A stretch of 64,000 nucleotides of DNA from the human T2T-CHM13v2.0 reference genome, Homo sapiens. Shown here piece after piece: positions 31,012 through 45,784 of the stretch. The DNA lies in NCBI RefSeq assembly GCF_009914755.1, contig NC_060925.1; one strand, given 5' to 3'. Position 1 is the stretch's first letter. The number at the start of each line of letters is the position of its first letter. The notes beneath the pieces are model-generated. The model saw only the letters and a list, made by a program, of their open reading frames with translations. It ran no database searches and was not told the origin of the DNA. The position numbers and the translations under genes were made by a program.

Positions 31012-33049
31012 TCACCTTTATTGAATATACATGAAATATGAAAAATTCAAAAGCTAATCTACTGCAAAAATGTTGAACTCTTACATTTTAAGCAACATTT
31101 AAAGGTATTCACTAAACAAAGAATGAGTTTTTGGAGGGCTAAAGGCTGTGAGGCTTTAAATTTGAGCTCAGTTATATTTAGAAAACCAAGACGCCACTTC
31201 CCTGGATCCTGTATCTTTATCTTGGGCATTTGATTCATGTGCTTTGCCTGGTGGAATTCAAAGCAACAGATCCTACCCATATTGCTGAAAAGTCCACTGA
31301 ACCTAACAGAACTTACTGGCTGTGAGAGGAATAAAATGCTGTACTGAAACTGAAAAGATAGGAAGCTATAAAGCCTCCGCTGCCAGAGATGTTTAACAAA
31401 ATAAAAATTACCTGCCTCATTCCCAAAGTCAGTAAACAAACCACTGCTGACTTTATAATCATTTATATCCCATTCCTGGAAATCCTGATTTAGGTGAAAC
31501 TTGGGAAATCTATTAATTAAAAGTTATCTCAGCTGATTCTGATGTAGTCTGATTCCGGAACTACTGGTTTAGGACAACGGTTTCCTATCATTTGTCAATA
31601 ATGCTCAATAGGTAGTGGCTGCCTGAAGTGCTACAATGAAAAAATAATGTCTAAACACAAGCAGAAATTAGTAGTCTGCCAAGGACATGGTGATGAGCAA
31701 TTGGTAACATGAAAATCATTTATCTATCATCCCTGATTCAGTTAGACCACTGAATGGACTGTTTCTAAGAAGACTTCTGAGGTAATTAGAGATCCAGGTC
31801 TGGATTATTTACTTTTAACTGGCAGAATCTCCAGCTGACTCTAGAAAGGTAGGAAACAGAAGAACAGACCTGATGTATGTACCAGGACTCTTCAAAAGTA
31901 CTTATTAAGCACCCAGTATTACAAAGAAAAAGAAGACAGTATGACTTTTGCTCTCCAGATGTTTATAATCTTGTTGGAGAAATGAAAATTCTACATAACA
32001 TAAACGTGGGTTTTTTAAATAAAGTAAATAAAAAGATTTTTGCGCCACTTTGGATAACAGTGGGAGCCAGTGGAAGAACTGAGTGACAGGCCAAAAACAG
32101 TCAAGTATGAACCGACTCAAGAGGAAACCAAACGTGGGTTCCTGATCAGTATATGATTAAAGAGATGTATGAGGAAGATTCCATTGGCATCATTTTCCAG
32201 GGAAAAAAAATGGGAGACTTTATCATCAAGGCATGATGCATTGGAGGACAAATAATCCATTTCATGTTGTTTCTGTAAACATCTGTCCCTACCACTGGAA
32301 TATCGAATTAACTTGTTATCTCCCATAATGCCTAGCACATGTTCTACACATAATACTTCAAAATGATGGCTGAATTGTCATAAAAGAAAAAAAAAATCTA
32401 GCAGATATTTCAAAAGGAACAGAATTTGGTACAGATAGAGACGTGAAGGGCCAAAGGGGTCAAATTATCCAAAAGGTGGGGAGAGTGGGAAGTGGCTATG
32501 GTTCAGTTAAAGGAGATTTAAGAAATATAACAACCAAATGCAGTCTATATACCTTATCTGGATCTTGAGTCAACTAAAAACCAACTGTAAAGAGATGTTT
32601 TTAAAGAATCAGGACATTTTATTATGAACTGGATATTAGATGATACCTAAAAATATTGTCTATTTTGTTAGATACAATGATGGCATGGGTAATATAAGAA
32701 AATATTTACATTTTCTTAAAGATGCATACTGACATAGGGGTGAAAAGACAGTGTCTATGATTTTCTTTGAAATACTTAAAAAAAAGGTATTTGAGGCATA
32801 TGTGGCACCTATCTTAATTTGTTGAATCTCGATGGGTAAAGGGGGGTTCTTCATATTTTATATATTTCTAAGTATACTCAAAAGGGCAGTTGGATTAAAG
32901 TTGTTTGGTGTTAGTTGCTCAACAATACCAATGGATAATTAATTTTTTTCTTTCTCAGATTTCAGGAAGCTAAGGATGACTAGTACTTCTGAGAAAACAG
33001 CCTAGACTCAATCAGAAGAAAATGGGCATTCATTAGTTAGCTCTACTAA

Positions 33050-34330
33050 TAGGAAATCTCTCTGAATCTACTCAAAGAACTTGTTGTAAATTAAGATGAG
33101 AACTGAATATGAGCCAAGAGAGTGACTCAGCTGCTAAAAAGAAACAAAATGCAAACTTGGGCTTCATTAGAAGAACAGTATCCAGAAAAGGAGGGTAACA
33201 GTACCATGTATTCCTCACTACTTAGTTCACAACTGGAGTATTGTATTCTGAGGGTTTTTTGTTTTGTTTTAATATAGAATTAAAAAATATCACCTATGGA
33301 GGGAAACATGTTCTGTTCTGAACACCACATTTTAAGAACACTTACAGGACAGAATCCTTGGAAGGAGGGATATCAAACTAGTGAGGGATCAGAAACCAAA
33401 TGTCAAGTGTATAATGACTGAAGAAACTGGGTGTGTTTAGCTTGGAGAAGAAAACACTTTCTAGCCTTCCACCTCACCTCTACCATACAGACCAGTGTAA
33501 TATTTTCCAGAGGATTTCAAGAGTTGTTAATGCACATTCCATAATTAAAGAAGATTGAGATAAACACTTTTTTTCTCTAAATGACTTAAAGTGTTCAATA
33601 TCCTAAAATGCTTTGTTAATGTCCAAGAAAATGATGATCGGTATTTCTCAAATATGACCATTCATTCATTCATTCAACAAATATTTATTAAGCACCAATT
33701 ATTAGCCAACCACTCCTCCAAGTGCTGGGGATACAACAACGAACAGTTTTAATATCCTGGAGGATAGTGTGGGGAACAGCCAAGCTGGGTCTCTATTCCT
33801 CTAACTTGCATTGTGCTTCCTCATTTCTAAGTCTTTGACTATGCTCTCAGCCTAGAATGCTCCATGTCTAATCTTAATCCAAACACTATCTCATCCACGA
33901 AGCTTTTGTCATCATCATAAGCAAAAAACACTCCCTCTTCTCAGTAAACCCATAGCTCTTAGTATCTGTACCCATTTCTTGCTAAGAGACTATGCCTCTT
34001 AATTACCTTTGGATCTCTCACAATATCCAGGACAGTGTCTTGCATGCACAGGTACTCAAGAGATATATGCTGAATAATCACCTTCAAATAATTGAAGGAT
34101 TATCTTGTGAAAGAAGGCAGACTAGGTCTCTACTGTTCCACAGGGAAGAACTAAGAAAAAAAGATGACGTTAGATGCATATTTTGCCTCAATTACAACTA
34201 ACAACAAACAGGTTACCTTATAGCTATGAGTGACCAAAGGTGTTCTAAAAGTAGCCAAATGACTATATATCAAGTGTTTTAGCGATATATTTCACTGACC
34301 TGAATGATTAACTCTTAAAATTCTAGGAAC
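33050..34330 (+). mobile_element. L3/CR1 relic (33050-33460 and 34075-34330) interrupted by L2/other fragments
   Basis: cacaactggagtattgtattc...caccacattttaaga...gaagaaactgggtgtgtttagcttggagaagaaaa. Confidence 0.65.
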
Positions 34331-34335
34331 TACTA

Positions 34336-34822
34336 AATATATATAGTATATATATACACACTATATATAGTATATATACTGTATATACACAGTGTATATA
34401 TAGTATATATACTGTATATACACAGTGTATATATAGTATATACACAGTGTATATATACAGTATATATACTGTATATACACAGTGTATATATAGTGTATAT
34501 ATACACTATATATACACTGTGTATATACAGTATATATACACTGTGTATATACAGTATATATACTATATATACACTGTGTATATATAGTATATATAAATTC
34601 TAGGAATATATATACTATATATACTATATATATAAATTCTAGGAATATATACACACTATATATACACATATATACACTATATATATTATACACATATATT
34701 ATATATATACACTATATATACACGAGATATATAACATATACACTATATATACTATACATAACATATACTATATATACTATATATAACATATAAATACTAT
34801 ATATACTATATATAACATATAA
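34336..34822. repeat. Complex (TA)-rich VNTR / low-complexity tract containing a long palindrome
   Basis: Built from TATATA, CACAGTG/CACTGTG and TAACA units. Confidence 0.95.
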
Positions 34823-34904
34823 ATCACTGTTTTAGACAAAACTATCTGTAGTAATATTAAAATTCTCAAAATTAAGTTTAAACACGCAACATCCTTTATT
34901 AGTA

Positions 34905-35469
34905 CAGTGATGCATCGCTTAACAACAGGGATACTTTCTAAGAAACGTGTCGTTAGGCGATTTCATCACTGTACAAACGTCAGAGTGTACTTCCACAAAC
35001 CTAGATGGTAGAGCCTACTACACACCCATGCTATATGGTACAGCCTATTGCTTCTAGGCTACAAGCTTGAATGGCATGTTACTGCACTGAATATGGTAGG
35101 CAACTGGAATACAAAAGTATTTGTGTATCTAAACACAGAAAAGGTACAGTAAAAATACTGTATAAAAGATGGTATGCCTGTATAGGACACTTAACAATGA
35201 ATGGAGCTTGCAGGACTGGCAGTTGCTCAGAGTGAGTGAGTGATGAGTGACTGTGAAGGCCTGGGACATTACTGTACACTACTGTAGACTTTATAAACAC
35301 TGTACACACAGACTACACTAAATTTTTTTTAATTACACTACAAGATTATGATGGCTTTGAGGTCACTAGGCAATAGAAATTTTTCAGCTCCATTATAACC
35401 TTTATGGGACCACCACTGTATATATATGCCCCACAGTTGACCAAAATGTCATTATGTGGCACATGACTG
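34905..35469 (+). mobile_element. Tigger3-family DNA transposon (internally deleted)
   Basis: Terminal inverted repeats cagtgatgcatcgcttaac / ttatgtggcacatgactg; TA target duplications. Confidence 0.88.
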
Positions 35470-36382
35470 TATAATGGCTATATAATAATGTCTATTATGT
35501 ATCACACACAGTGTTAAGTATAGAGGATAAGAGTCAAAAAGACACTGTCTCCATCCTGGAAGAATCGATACAATGTTGTTTGATTAAGTTCCCAAAGCAA
35601 ACCTGAATGCCCAGGTCATCTACCTCAGTAACAAATGCTCATTAGATGAGGAAATTCCTTAAATTTTCAGTATTTTGCAATCAGAGAAATAACTATGAAG
35701 CCATCAGCTTCCCTTAAAGCCATCTATTCATATCCCTAAATCCATTAAGTTCTTTGAACAAGCTACTCATTCTGCCTTTCTAGTCGAAAAGAAGAAAACA
35801 GAAGAAATCACAGGATACTTCCAGATGCCAAGGACATCTCTGATTTTTCTCCCAAACTAAAAGCTGTAGTCTTTGCTGGCAGGGACCCTGCCTTAGTCGT
35901 GTCCCCAGTATTCAGTACTGTGCCCAGGACACAGCAAAAGAGGGAACAGATGAGCAAGCGAATGAGTGAGAGAAATGATGAGTCCAATGTACCTGGATGA
36001 AAAACACTACCTTAAAGAAGCACTAACAATTTGGTTTTTTATTAGAAATCTGCCAAGGAATGGAAGCTTATAAGTAGATCCTTAAGTTAGTTTTCAGGAT
36101 TTAAATTGGAGTGCTATTTCTAGATCATTTATTGATAAATAATTACTGTAAGTAAACTTAAGGTCTTGGTTGCTTCCAGGGGACTAAAATTAATTTCTTG
36201 ATCAGCAGAGCTAAATGACCAACTTCTAATGCAAAGAAAAACCCAAACCACTTAATACACTCACAACTTGACCCATAAGATAATCAATAATTTATCAAAC
36301 TGATTTGTTAACAAACTGCTTAGAAAGCAAAACAACTTCATAGCATCAAGTGTTTAAACTGCTCTTCAAAAGTCCCAAAATC

Positions 36383-36804
<422 letters not shown>

Positions 36805-38419
36805 TTACCCATTATGATGCATTCTCTCCCAGTCTTTTTTTTCTATGCAGATATAACTTCTCTATATACTGTTACTCTTCCCAACCACCAGGCAACAGAC
36901 AACACATCTCCCACTGTGGCAGTAACCTAGGCATCCTTAGTGGAATCATGTTCCAGGGATACTTTTTCAATGTCTAAATTTTATAGATGTATACTTACAT
37001 AAAACAAGACCAAATCTGCTATTGAGTAATCCTTTAAAGTTTCCCTTAACTCCTGAATTCTACGAAGACAAAGAATGCAGATTCAAGTAAAAATGCTTCC
37101 AATGACTAGAAATGGACCTAAATTTAACAAGGGGAGAAACCGCTCCCATTGGTTTTATGTACTCTAAGTCTGATATTATCATATGTTCTGCTCCAAGTAG
37201 GCCAGGTCCTTTGGGGTCTATAACCTTCCATTTTTACCTCAAAAATCCAGAGCAAGTTCCTCACCAAAACTTTGTCAGTTTCATACTAAGAGTAAGAAAC
37301 AAGGAGAATGCAGGGTCTGGGTTCCAGCATCTGTTCCACCACTAAATAACTGAGTGGCACTGAGTCCTACCTAGCTTCTATCTCATCTTCTCCATTTGCC
37401 AATAGGAATATCACTATTAACACATATCACTATTAACACATATCACAAGGCTGTTATAAGTCTCCAAAATCCAACAGATCAGATAAAACACTTTTGAAAA
37501 AATATTATTCAAATGTAAGGTGGAAATCTTTTGAAAATACACATCCCCTACAATAATATAAAACACGACTTCCTCTGATACACAAAGGTGCCATTTCTGA
37601 TGGTGACGGCTACCCACGTATACACAGTGGGACAATACCATCACCAGTTCTGTACACAGGGTAGACAAGTAAGGTGTCATAGACTCACAGACCCAACTAT
37701 CCTAGCAGAAAGAGACGCCATGTATCATTCACCTCCTGCCGTAACAGTCTGCTCCATCCTCATTCAGAAAGGCCAACCTGACCCTGATTGCTGCATGTTT
37801 GACTGTTGTGTCTGTAATTACCCAAAATTTGATGGCCAAGCCACAGAAACTTTTTAAAGTTAATTTTAATAATTTAATAAGCACCCATGTACCACCAGCC
37901 AAAATCTAGAGTCTTTATGATAACCTACTTCCATCATATTGAATCCCCTCTCTCTGTAAGCAAACAAAATTTGCAACAGTTAGTAAGTTCTAGCAGTCTT
38001 TCCTTTATTATCCATTCCTCTCACAAATCTGTTTCAACACAATAGTGCTAATTGGAAACAAGGCTTATTAGTGGTGTCAAAGGTCAGGTCCCAATCTTAA
38101 AAAAAAAAGATGATTCCAATTTACAAGGTTTTTAATAAGGTCACACTGGCACCACACTCTACCAATCAATCAGAAGATCAATCTTATTTCCTTAGTAAAC
38201 ACTATACCACTGAGGAGGACTCTAGGTAGGAGAATTCCGTTAGAACTTTTTGTTTTATACTCCAGGTGAAAACTCTGACTGAAAGTCAGTTTACTGGGTA
38301 AAGCTCATCCTAGAATAGCTGGCCAACTCTATGGAATCCACAGACTCTACATTGATTTGAAGACAATAAAAATAGATATCATGCAGTTTCTGGAGAGACT
38401 CTCTAAAAATTCCCACCCA

Positions 38420-38714
38420 GGCCAGGCCTGGTGGCTCACGCCTGCAATCCCAGCACTTTGGGGGACCAAGGAGGGAGGAAGAGGCCAAGAGTTCAAGACC
38501 AGCCTAGGGAGCCAGCATAGTCAGATCTTGTCTGAATTAAAAATAAATAAATTAGCCAGGTGTGGTGGTACGCACCTCTAGTCCCAGCCACTTGTGGCGC
38601 TAAGGCAGGAGGATCGCTTGAGCCCTGCAGTTGGGAGGTTGCAATGAGCTCTCATGGAGTCACTATACTCCAGCCTGGGTGACACAGCAAGATCTTGTCT
38701 CAAAAAAATAAAAA
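38420..38714 (+). mobile_element. AluJ
   Basis: TSD taaaaattcc(c/t)accca. Confidence 0.9.
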
Positions 38715-39081
38715 TTCCTACCCAAAGACCCAGTCATCTTCAAATTATTAGCGTTCAATTCAGAACAGAGTTCTCTAAGTCTGTGTTCTAAAAACAGTTC
38801 CTCTTATTGCACTCTAAGTTTGAGTCCCACTCTACAAGTATGAGTCTTGTTACAGACTATTTCATCAATTGATGATGGGAAACAATGGTCAGACAGTGTG
38901 GTATTAATGTAGGTCCAATTACATCAAAATCAAATCACTTTAGATTTAGGGTAAAAATTCTTAGAGCAACCAAGTGGCTTAGTAATTATTAGAAACGAGG
39001 CCTTTATTAATAGTCTCAAGGTCAGAGCTCTTATTTAATATGGTCCTAATTATCTCATATCACATATTCATACTTATCCTA

Positions 39082-39370
39082 TTTTTTTTTTTTTTTTTTT
39101 TTGAGACAATGTCTTACTCCCTTGCCCAGACTAGAATGCAGCGGCATTGCAACCTCGGCCTCCCAGGTTCAAGCGATTCTCCTGCCTCAGCTTCCCAAAT
39201 AGCTGGGACTGCAGGAACCCACAACCATGCCCAGCTTATTTTTGTATTTTTAGTAGAGACGAGATTTCACTATGTGGACCAGGCTGGTCTCAAACTCCTG
39301 ACCTCAAGTGATCCGCCTGCCTCGGCCTCCCAAGATGCTAGGTTTACAGGCGTGAGCCACCACACCAGGT
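39082..39370 (-). mobile_element. AluS
   Basis: Reverse Alu with poly(T). Confidence 0.92.
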
Positions 39371-40309
39371 CATTTTTCCTATATTTTATCTTGTTATAGC
39401 ACTAAAGTTTGACACTGTATGAGTCTCATTTCCTTTTTGTTTCATCTGTGTTGTCCTGATCCCACAGAATAATAGCCACTTTGAAAGACATCACATTCTC
39501 AGGTTATCAGTTGATATACATGTCAAATAGAATCGCAGCCAAAGGTACCTAACTACAAAAGGTTACTTAAAATAAGTAGAATGTCATTGTTATAAATATA
39601 AAAACAACATCTGGTTCCATATAACAAAGCTATTTCCATATTCCAACAGATGGCCCACAGTAATAATGCTCTGCTGATCTGGTTATAACAAATTCTATTA
39701 AATCAAAAATCCTGTACAGCAGATGCCTTTTCCAATTTCAGAGTAAGTCAATCTCTTTAACCAAAACACTATGCTTTGGTTCTTATTTGTGCACTAAAAT
39801 CATGTTATGCCAATTAAGATGGTCAAATTTTGTGACAGTTGTTATAAAACGCCACTGTGGTGTTTTCTGGGTTTTGGAGTGGAAGAGGTAAAGAATAACC
39901 CCCTCTAGGACTGAAAGGCTAACTGTTCAAAATGGAAAACAAAAATTCACAGTTAAAGGAAGGCTGAGGAGAGAGGTAAAAGTGAGCTTTAGCTGTCTCA
40001 AGCCAAGGTTTCTGAATAGTGGCAATGTGGAAAGCTAAGTGACTAACAAAGCCAACAGTGAAGATCAGTGAAAATAATGTAATTTCTGAGCTGAGAAGTT
40101 TTGAGCAGGGACAAACAAAAAAATGTCTAAACAATATGTATCTTTGTACACTGTAGTGTTAAGTCCACTTTTAAAAGAAATGCGGATGCGATGTCAAGTT
40201 AAAATTGCTGTTTAACTGTTTCCCCAACTACATTCAAAATCAAATCTTCATATTCTATCATGCCCTTACTTGAAATATTATCCTCTATTAATTCGTAACA
40301 CAGTAAACA

Positions 40310-40620
40310 GAACAGTGTAGTGATTAAGAGCCACAGAGTTCTGAAAATAGACTACAAGGGTTCAAATCCTGGCTCTTTCCATTCCTAGCTATGTTCCCTT
40401 AGTCAAATCAACCTCTCTGTGCCCATTTCCTCATCTGTAAAACTACCGTATTTATAAAATTTACAACTACAATAAACTTATAAAATCTACGATATATTTA
40501 TAAAATCTACTTATAAAATTTATAAAATATTAAGGGTTGTAAGATATGGATAATGAATGTAGAGTACTTAGAACACTTTTAGGCCCATAGTAAGGCTTCA
40601 AAAAATGTTAGCTATTATTA
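40310..40620 (+). mobile_element. MIR
   Basis: ggttcaaatcctggctct...tttcctcatctgtaaaa...aaatgttagctattatt. Confidence 0.78.
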
Positions 40621-40760
40621 TCATTACATTATCATCACATGAACTCCATGAAAGTTCTGAAAGAAAAGAAATATGAAATGATTTGTCTAAAACACAGAAC
40701 AAACAAGTGGCAGAATCTAGGGAAAAAAATCTTCATTTTAAGTCCGGAAGAAAATCAGTG

Positions 40761-41068
40761 GGCTGACTGCAGTGGCTCACGCCTGTAATCCTAGCGCTTT
40801 GGGAGGCCAGGGTTGGCGGATCACTTGAGCCCGGGAGTTAGCGACCAGCCTGGGCAACATAGCGAAACCACTTCTCTACAAAAAATACAAAAATTAGCTG
40901 AGCATGGTGGCGCGCACCTGTAGTCCCAGCTACTTAGGGGGCTGAGGTGGGAGGATCACTGGGGCCCAGGAGGTTGAGGTTGCAATGAGCCATGATCGTG
41001 CCACTGCACTCCAGCCTGGGCAAGAGTGAGACCCTGTCTCAAAAACAAAACAAACAAACAAAAAAAAA
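40761..41068 (+). mobile_element. AluJ
   Basis: Full Alu with (CAAA)n-type tail; flanking cagtg repeat. Confidence 0.92.
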
Positions 41069-41504
41069 CAGTGATTCTTTGAGTCAGTACATTTTCCAGT
41101 CCCTCTAAGTCTCCAGGAAATTACATGAGAATTTTTAAGTTAAAACAGCAGCACAGAGTAGTGGAAATAGCACAAATATGAACTAAGAAGACCTACCTGC
41201 TCCACCAATTACTTAAGTGTACAACCCTAAGCAGGTCACCTAAACTTCAAATTGCTCATCTTTAAGATATTCTGCCTTTATCACAGGGTTGTTGAGATCA
41301 AATTAGAGAATGTATGAGAAAATGTATATAAACCAATAAAACACTATATGAATGTTCAAGGGCCATGTCTTATTCATCTTTATATCCCCAATGCTTAGCA
41401 AAATGCATGGCAGAGGTTATAATCTAAAAGAAGGCCATGTGAGGGGTTGGCAGGGTGAAGATTCAATGAAAATGGGGAGGAGTTTAAAAGAATTAAGAAA
41501 CTTG

Positions 41505-42245
<741 letters not shown>

Positions 42246-45200
42246 GAATAAAAGTTTAAGGAGAGAAGCGTTAAAGTATAAAATCACTGGCTTTGGAACA
42301 TAAGTTTGTTTCTTTTTTTAAGGAAATACTAATAATTACCATATCAGATACTAATGTCTCTACAAATCCTGTGAAAAACAAATCTGGCATCTATTCTTAC
42401 CCCTCCTTTCAATTTTCTCTCTAAGTTTACAAATTATCTCTTCTGCTTTAATTCAATTGTCTTTTCATTGTAGTCACTGTTTCTGAACTTCTACACCGCA
42501 TTTGAAACTGTCAACACCCTGCCCTTGTAGAAAATCTTCCTATCCTGGAAATGATGCACTTTCTGGTTCTTCTCAGAATGCTATTAGCCTATTTCAAGAC
42601 CCAAAATTCCAAACCTCAAAGCTCTTTCTTCATTATACTACTACCCTCCCAACACACATCTACTGATGTGTTTTACTAGCATCTATATCCCTGGTCAGTG
42701 CAAAATCTACCTTTCATCTAACCGTTCATTGTATATGGGAATAATTACATGCATAAGGTTAAGCAACTTGCCCAAAGTCCCTTCTGATTTTAATACCTTA
42801 TTATGAAGATTTAATGAATTAAACAAACGTAGGCGCTTAGAATACCTGTCATACAGTAAGTAAATGTTAGCTATTATTTTATTCCTACAACCACTATCTT
42901 ATATCAGACCCTCATCAGCTTATTCCTAAAATTCTCCATAAGCACTCTAATCAGTCTCTCCACTCCCAGGACACTCAGCTGAAACAAAAACCTTCCTCAG
43001 GAACAAGATGCATCATCTTACTCTCATTCTTTAGAACCCATTGTGGTACCCTATCAAACTAAACCCTCTATCCTTGAAAGATCCTCCATCAATACCCCCT
43101 CACCAATCCTAAACTCATTTATTATTATTCACCAACACAGATGATCTGACAGTCAAGCTCCTTGATATCATTTGTACATTGCCACTTCTCTCGCTTTGCA
43201 CAGGCCCCTTCACTCTCCTGAAATACACCTCTTTCCCTTTGGAAATTTGTATCTTTCTCAAATGTCCCTTACACTTTTGACCTTGGTTGTACTGTTATCC
43301 CAAGGAGAAGTTTGATGCAGTTTGATAATTCTGAATGATGTACATGTTTCCCGAACAGAAAAAGAAACTCTGTTCTTTCGATATAAGTTGAAGCTTTCCA
43401 AGAGACCACGTATCTTATTCGTCTCTTCATACAGACTTCACACATAGATAACTCGGTACTTTACAGAAGTACACAAATGCTGACTTACCAAAAAAAAACA
43501 AAAAGCCTCAGTATGTATCAGAACAACATTCTCCATTTTCCACTGCCCCACCCATACTTAGCATAATGAAAAAATATAATCTAAAATCTATATTTAAATA
43601 TTTTCATTCTACATAGAAGGAAAGGGAATATACGAACTGTACCAGATAAAAGGAAAAAAATGTCAAAAATATACTCAAAGAATGTACAATGTGAAAAAGT
43701 GAGAATGCAGGCCACTTTGGAATCTAGTAAGTGACTTTGAAACATTAAGTTTTTTTATTTTACCCAAACTAATGAACAAAAAAGAGCCAAAATAAACACG
43801 TTCTAGCCTCATCCAAAAAAAATCTAATGAAAGCATGAGAAACTTCCCAGTTTTGTCCTCGGCAGCACAAAACCAAGAAGATTCACCTCAATTCTGAGAC
43901 ACAAAAGCAAAAAGAGAAATCCTCCTATTTATCTAAGAAACTAAAAAACTTAATCACGTCTATATAATATATACCACTCAGAAAAAGAGAGGAGTTACTG
44001 CTTTTCTATAAATATTTGCTAGGGACCAGGAGGAATAGGCTTCTCTCACTGTTATTGCGGGAACAATCTGTGGTCTCAAAACAGCAAAACAGAAGATGGA
44101 AACCCTAATCTGGAAGAGACATTAAGAAAAAAACTACTCAAACCATGTTTCAAACCAGTTTCAAAAAAAGAGTGTGCAATGGGTACTCAACAGAGTAAGA
44201 GGAAAAGTGAAGTAAAAGAGCTTCTACAAAATAAGTGACTAGGTGAAACTAGTGCTGCCTTGTGAGAAAAAGAGCTATGCATATAACGCTCCTATGACAT
44301 CACGCTTTTTCACTGGGAAACAAAATAGAAGGAAGAAAACACACACAAATAAATCTCAGAAAAAGACCAAAAAGGTGCCCACCAATCTCTAACTCCTTCA
44401 GGAATTAGAGTGAATGGCTCTAACTCATTCAGGAATCCAACCAGGGACAACACAGACGTGGAATGCACCAACACGGAATAGTAAAACCTTTGCTAACCAG
44501 ACACACAAAAAGTAAAACAGAGAAATGAAAACTATACACCTGAATGCATCGGTAGCAAGCGCTTATTCTCTATAATTAAGCAACAGAGAAAAGAATAAGA
44601 GCAGCTAATGGAAGAGGAAAAAAGATGTTAATGAAACTAAGCCCTGTTATGTCCCCTACTGGCCTCAATTTCAGAGTACAACTCTCGATTCTTCATCTAA
44701 CCAACAGCCGGCCTCGGCAAAGCAAACTGACCCTAACACCTTCCACGCCACCCGGAGGAAATCACAGAGGAAAAACCATCCCGTTAACCTCCCTCCTCAC
44801 CAGCTGCAAAAATGGAGCTGGGAGGGGGGGCGGGAGACACTCTACCACGTGGGCAGGATGCAACACACACAGGACAGCAACACGTCCGCATGGAACGGCT
44901 GCCTTTGCCCTAATCCCAGCAAAGGACACAGACACAGGATGGGCGGGAACGCAAGCACCCTCGCATGGGCCTCCTCTCCCCAAAGGGCCACTCCAAGGCG
45001 TGAGGTACAGCCCGCCCTGCCGGCAGAAAAGCGCCCCCAAGCTTAAAGGGAAGAAGCCGCAGAGTGCCGGGGTCGGGGGCTAGCCCAGGCCAAGGGACAG
45101 GTCATGGAGGGAAGGAGACGGTCGCTGCCCTCGGACTAGGCGCCCCCGGGATCCACGTCTGGTTCCCCGGTGCCCCGCCTGGGGGAGGGGCGGGAGACGC

Positions 45201-45462
45201 GAAGCCGCTGCTTCCCAGCTGAGGGGCAGCAGCAGCTGAGAAGCGCCGCGGGGGAGGGAAGGACCCAGCCCTCGGCGTCCGCCAGGCCCCAGCCGGGGCC
45301 CAGGCCCCCTGCCCCACCCGCCGCCCACCCCGCAACGCGGCTGCGGCTGGAAGAGAGAGGGCGTCTCGCGGAGGACAGCCCCTGCCTCCGTCCCGGGAGA
45401 TGCCACAGCCCCGCCTCCTCGCCCGCCGCCCAGGCCCGGCCGCCCTGGCGGGGGGCACTTAC

Positions 45463-45700
45463 CTCAGGCTGCGCAGGCCGGGACGGCCCGGCCGAGCCCC
45501 CGGCCGCTCCGTGCGTCTCCGCCCCCCCGGGAAAGGTCCCAACGGTGCCTACTGCGAGCGGTCGAGGCCCCGAGCAGCCCCGAGAGCGGCGGCGGCAGCA
45601 AGAGCAGCCAACATCCGGGGCCGCGCACCCGGAACTACTTCCCGACCCGCATCCCCCGCCCGCCCTCGCCGCCACCGCCTCCTGCGGCGTCGCTGCGCCG
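45463..45700 (-). other. FOXJ3: FOXJ3 non-coding exon 1 (5' boundary uncertain)
   Basis: Perfect donor GAG|GTAAGT at 45463/45462 inside the CpG island. After splicing to exon 2 there is an in-frame TGA 7 codons before the ATG, so it is 5'UTR. Confidence 0.85.
45611..45643. promoter_or_regulatory. ETS/GABP-type site cluster near the probable TSS
   Basis: CCGGATGT (minus, 45611-45618), CCGGAA (plus) and GGAAGT (minus) in cccggaactacttccc. Confidence 0.45.
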
Positions 45701-45770
45701 CCGGCCCGGCGTCAGCGGCGTCAAGTCCCTGCGCGGTCACGGTCGCCTCGACGCACGCAGGATCCCTCCG

Positions 45771-45784
45771 CTGGGACAAGTAGT
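45771..45784 (-). promoter_or_regulatory. ZNF143/THAP11-type ACTAC-N3-TCCCAG motif
   Basis: Minus strand ACTACTTGTCCCAG has the same spacing as the consensus ACTACAATTCCCAG; downstream part only partially matches. Confidence 0.4.

Noticed and set aside
34217-34244. Possible 28-nt cassette exon on the minus strand (ttttag...AAG|gtaacc)
   Set aside because: Weak pyrimidine tract, lies in a CR1 relic, no transcript evidence available.
34361-34693. 110-aa Tyr/Ile-rich ORF
   Set aside because: Translation of the TA-rich repeat.
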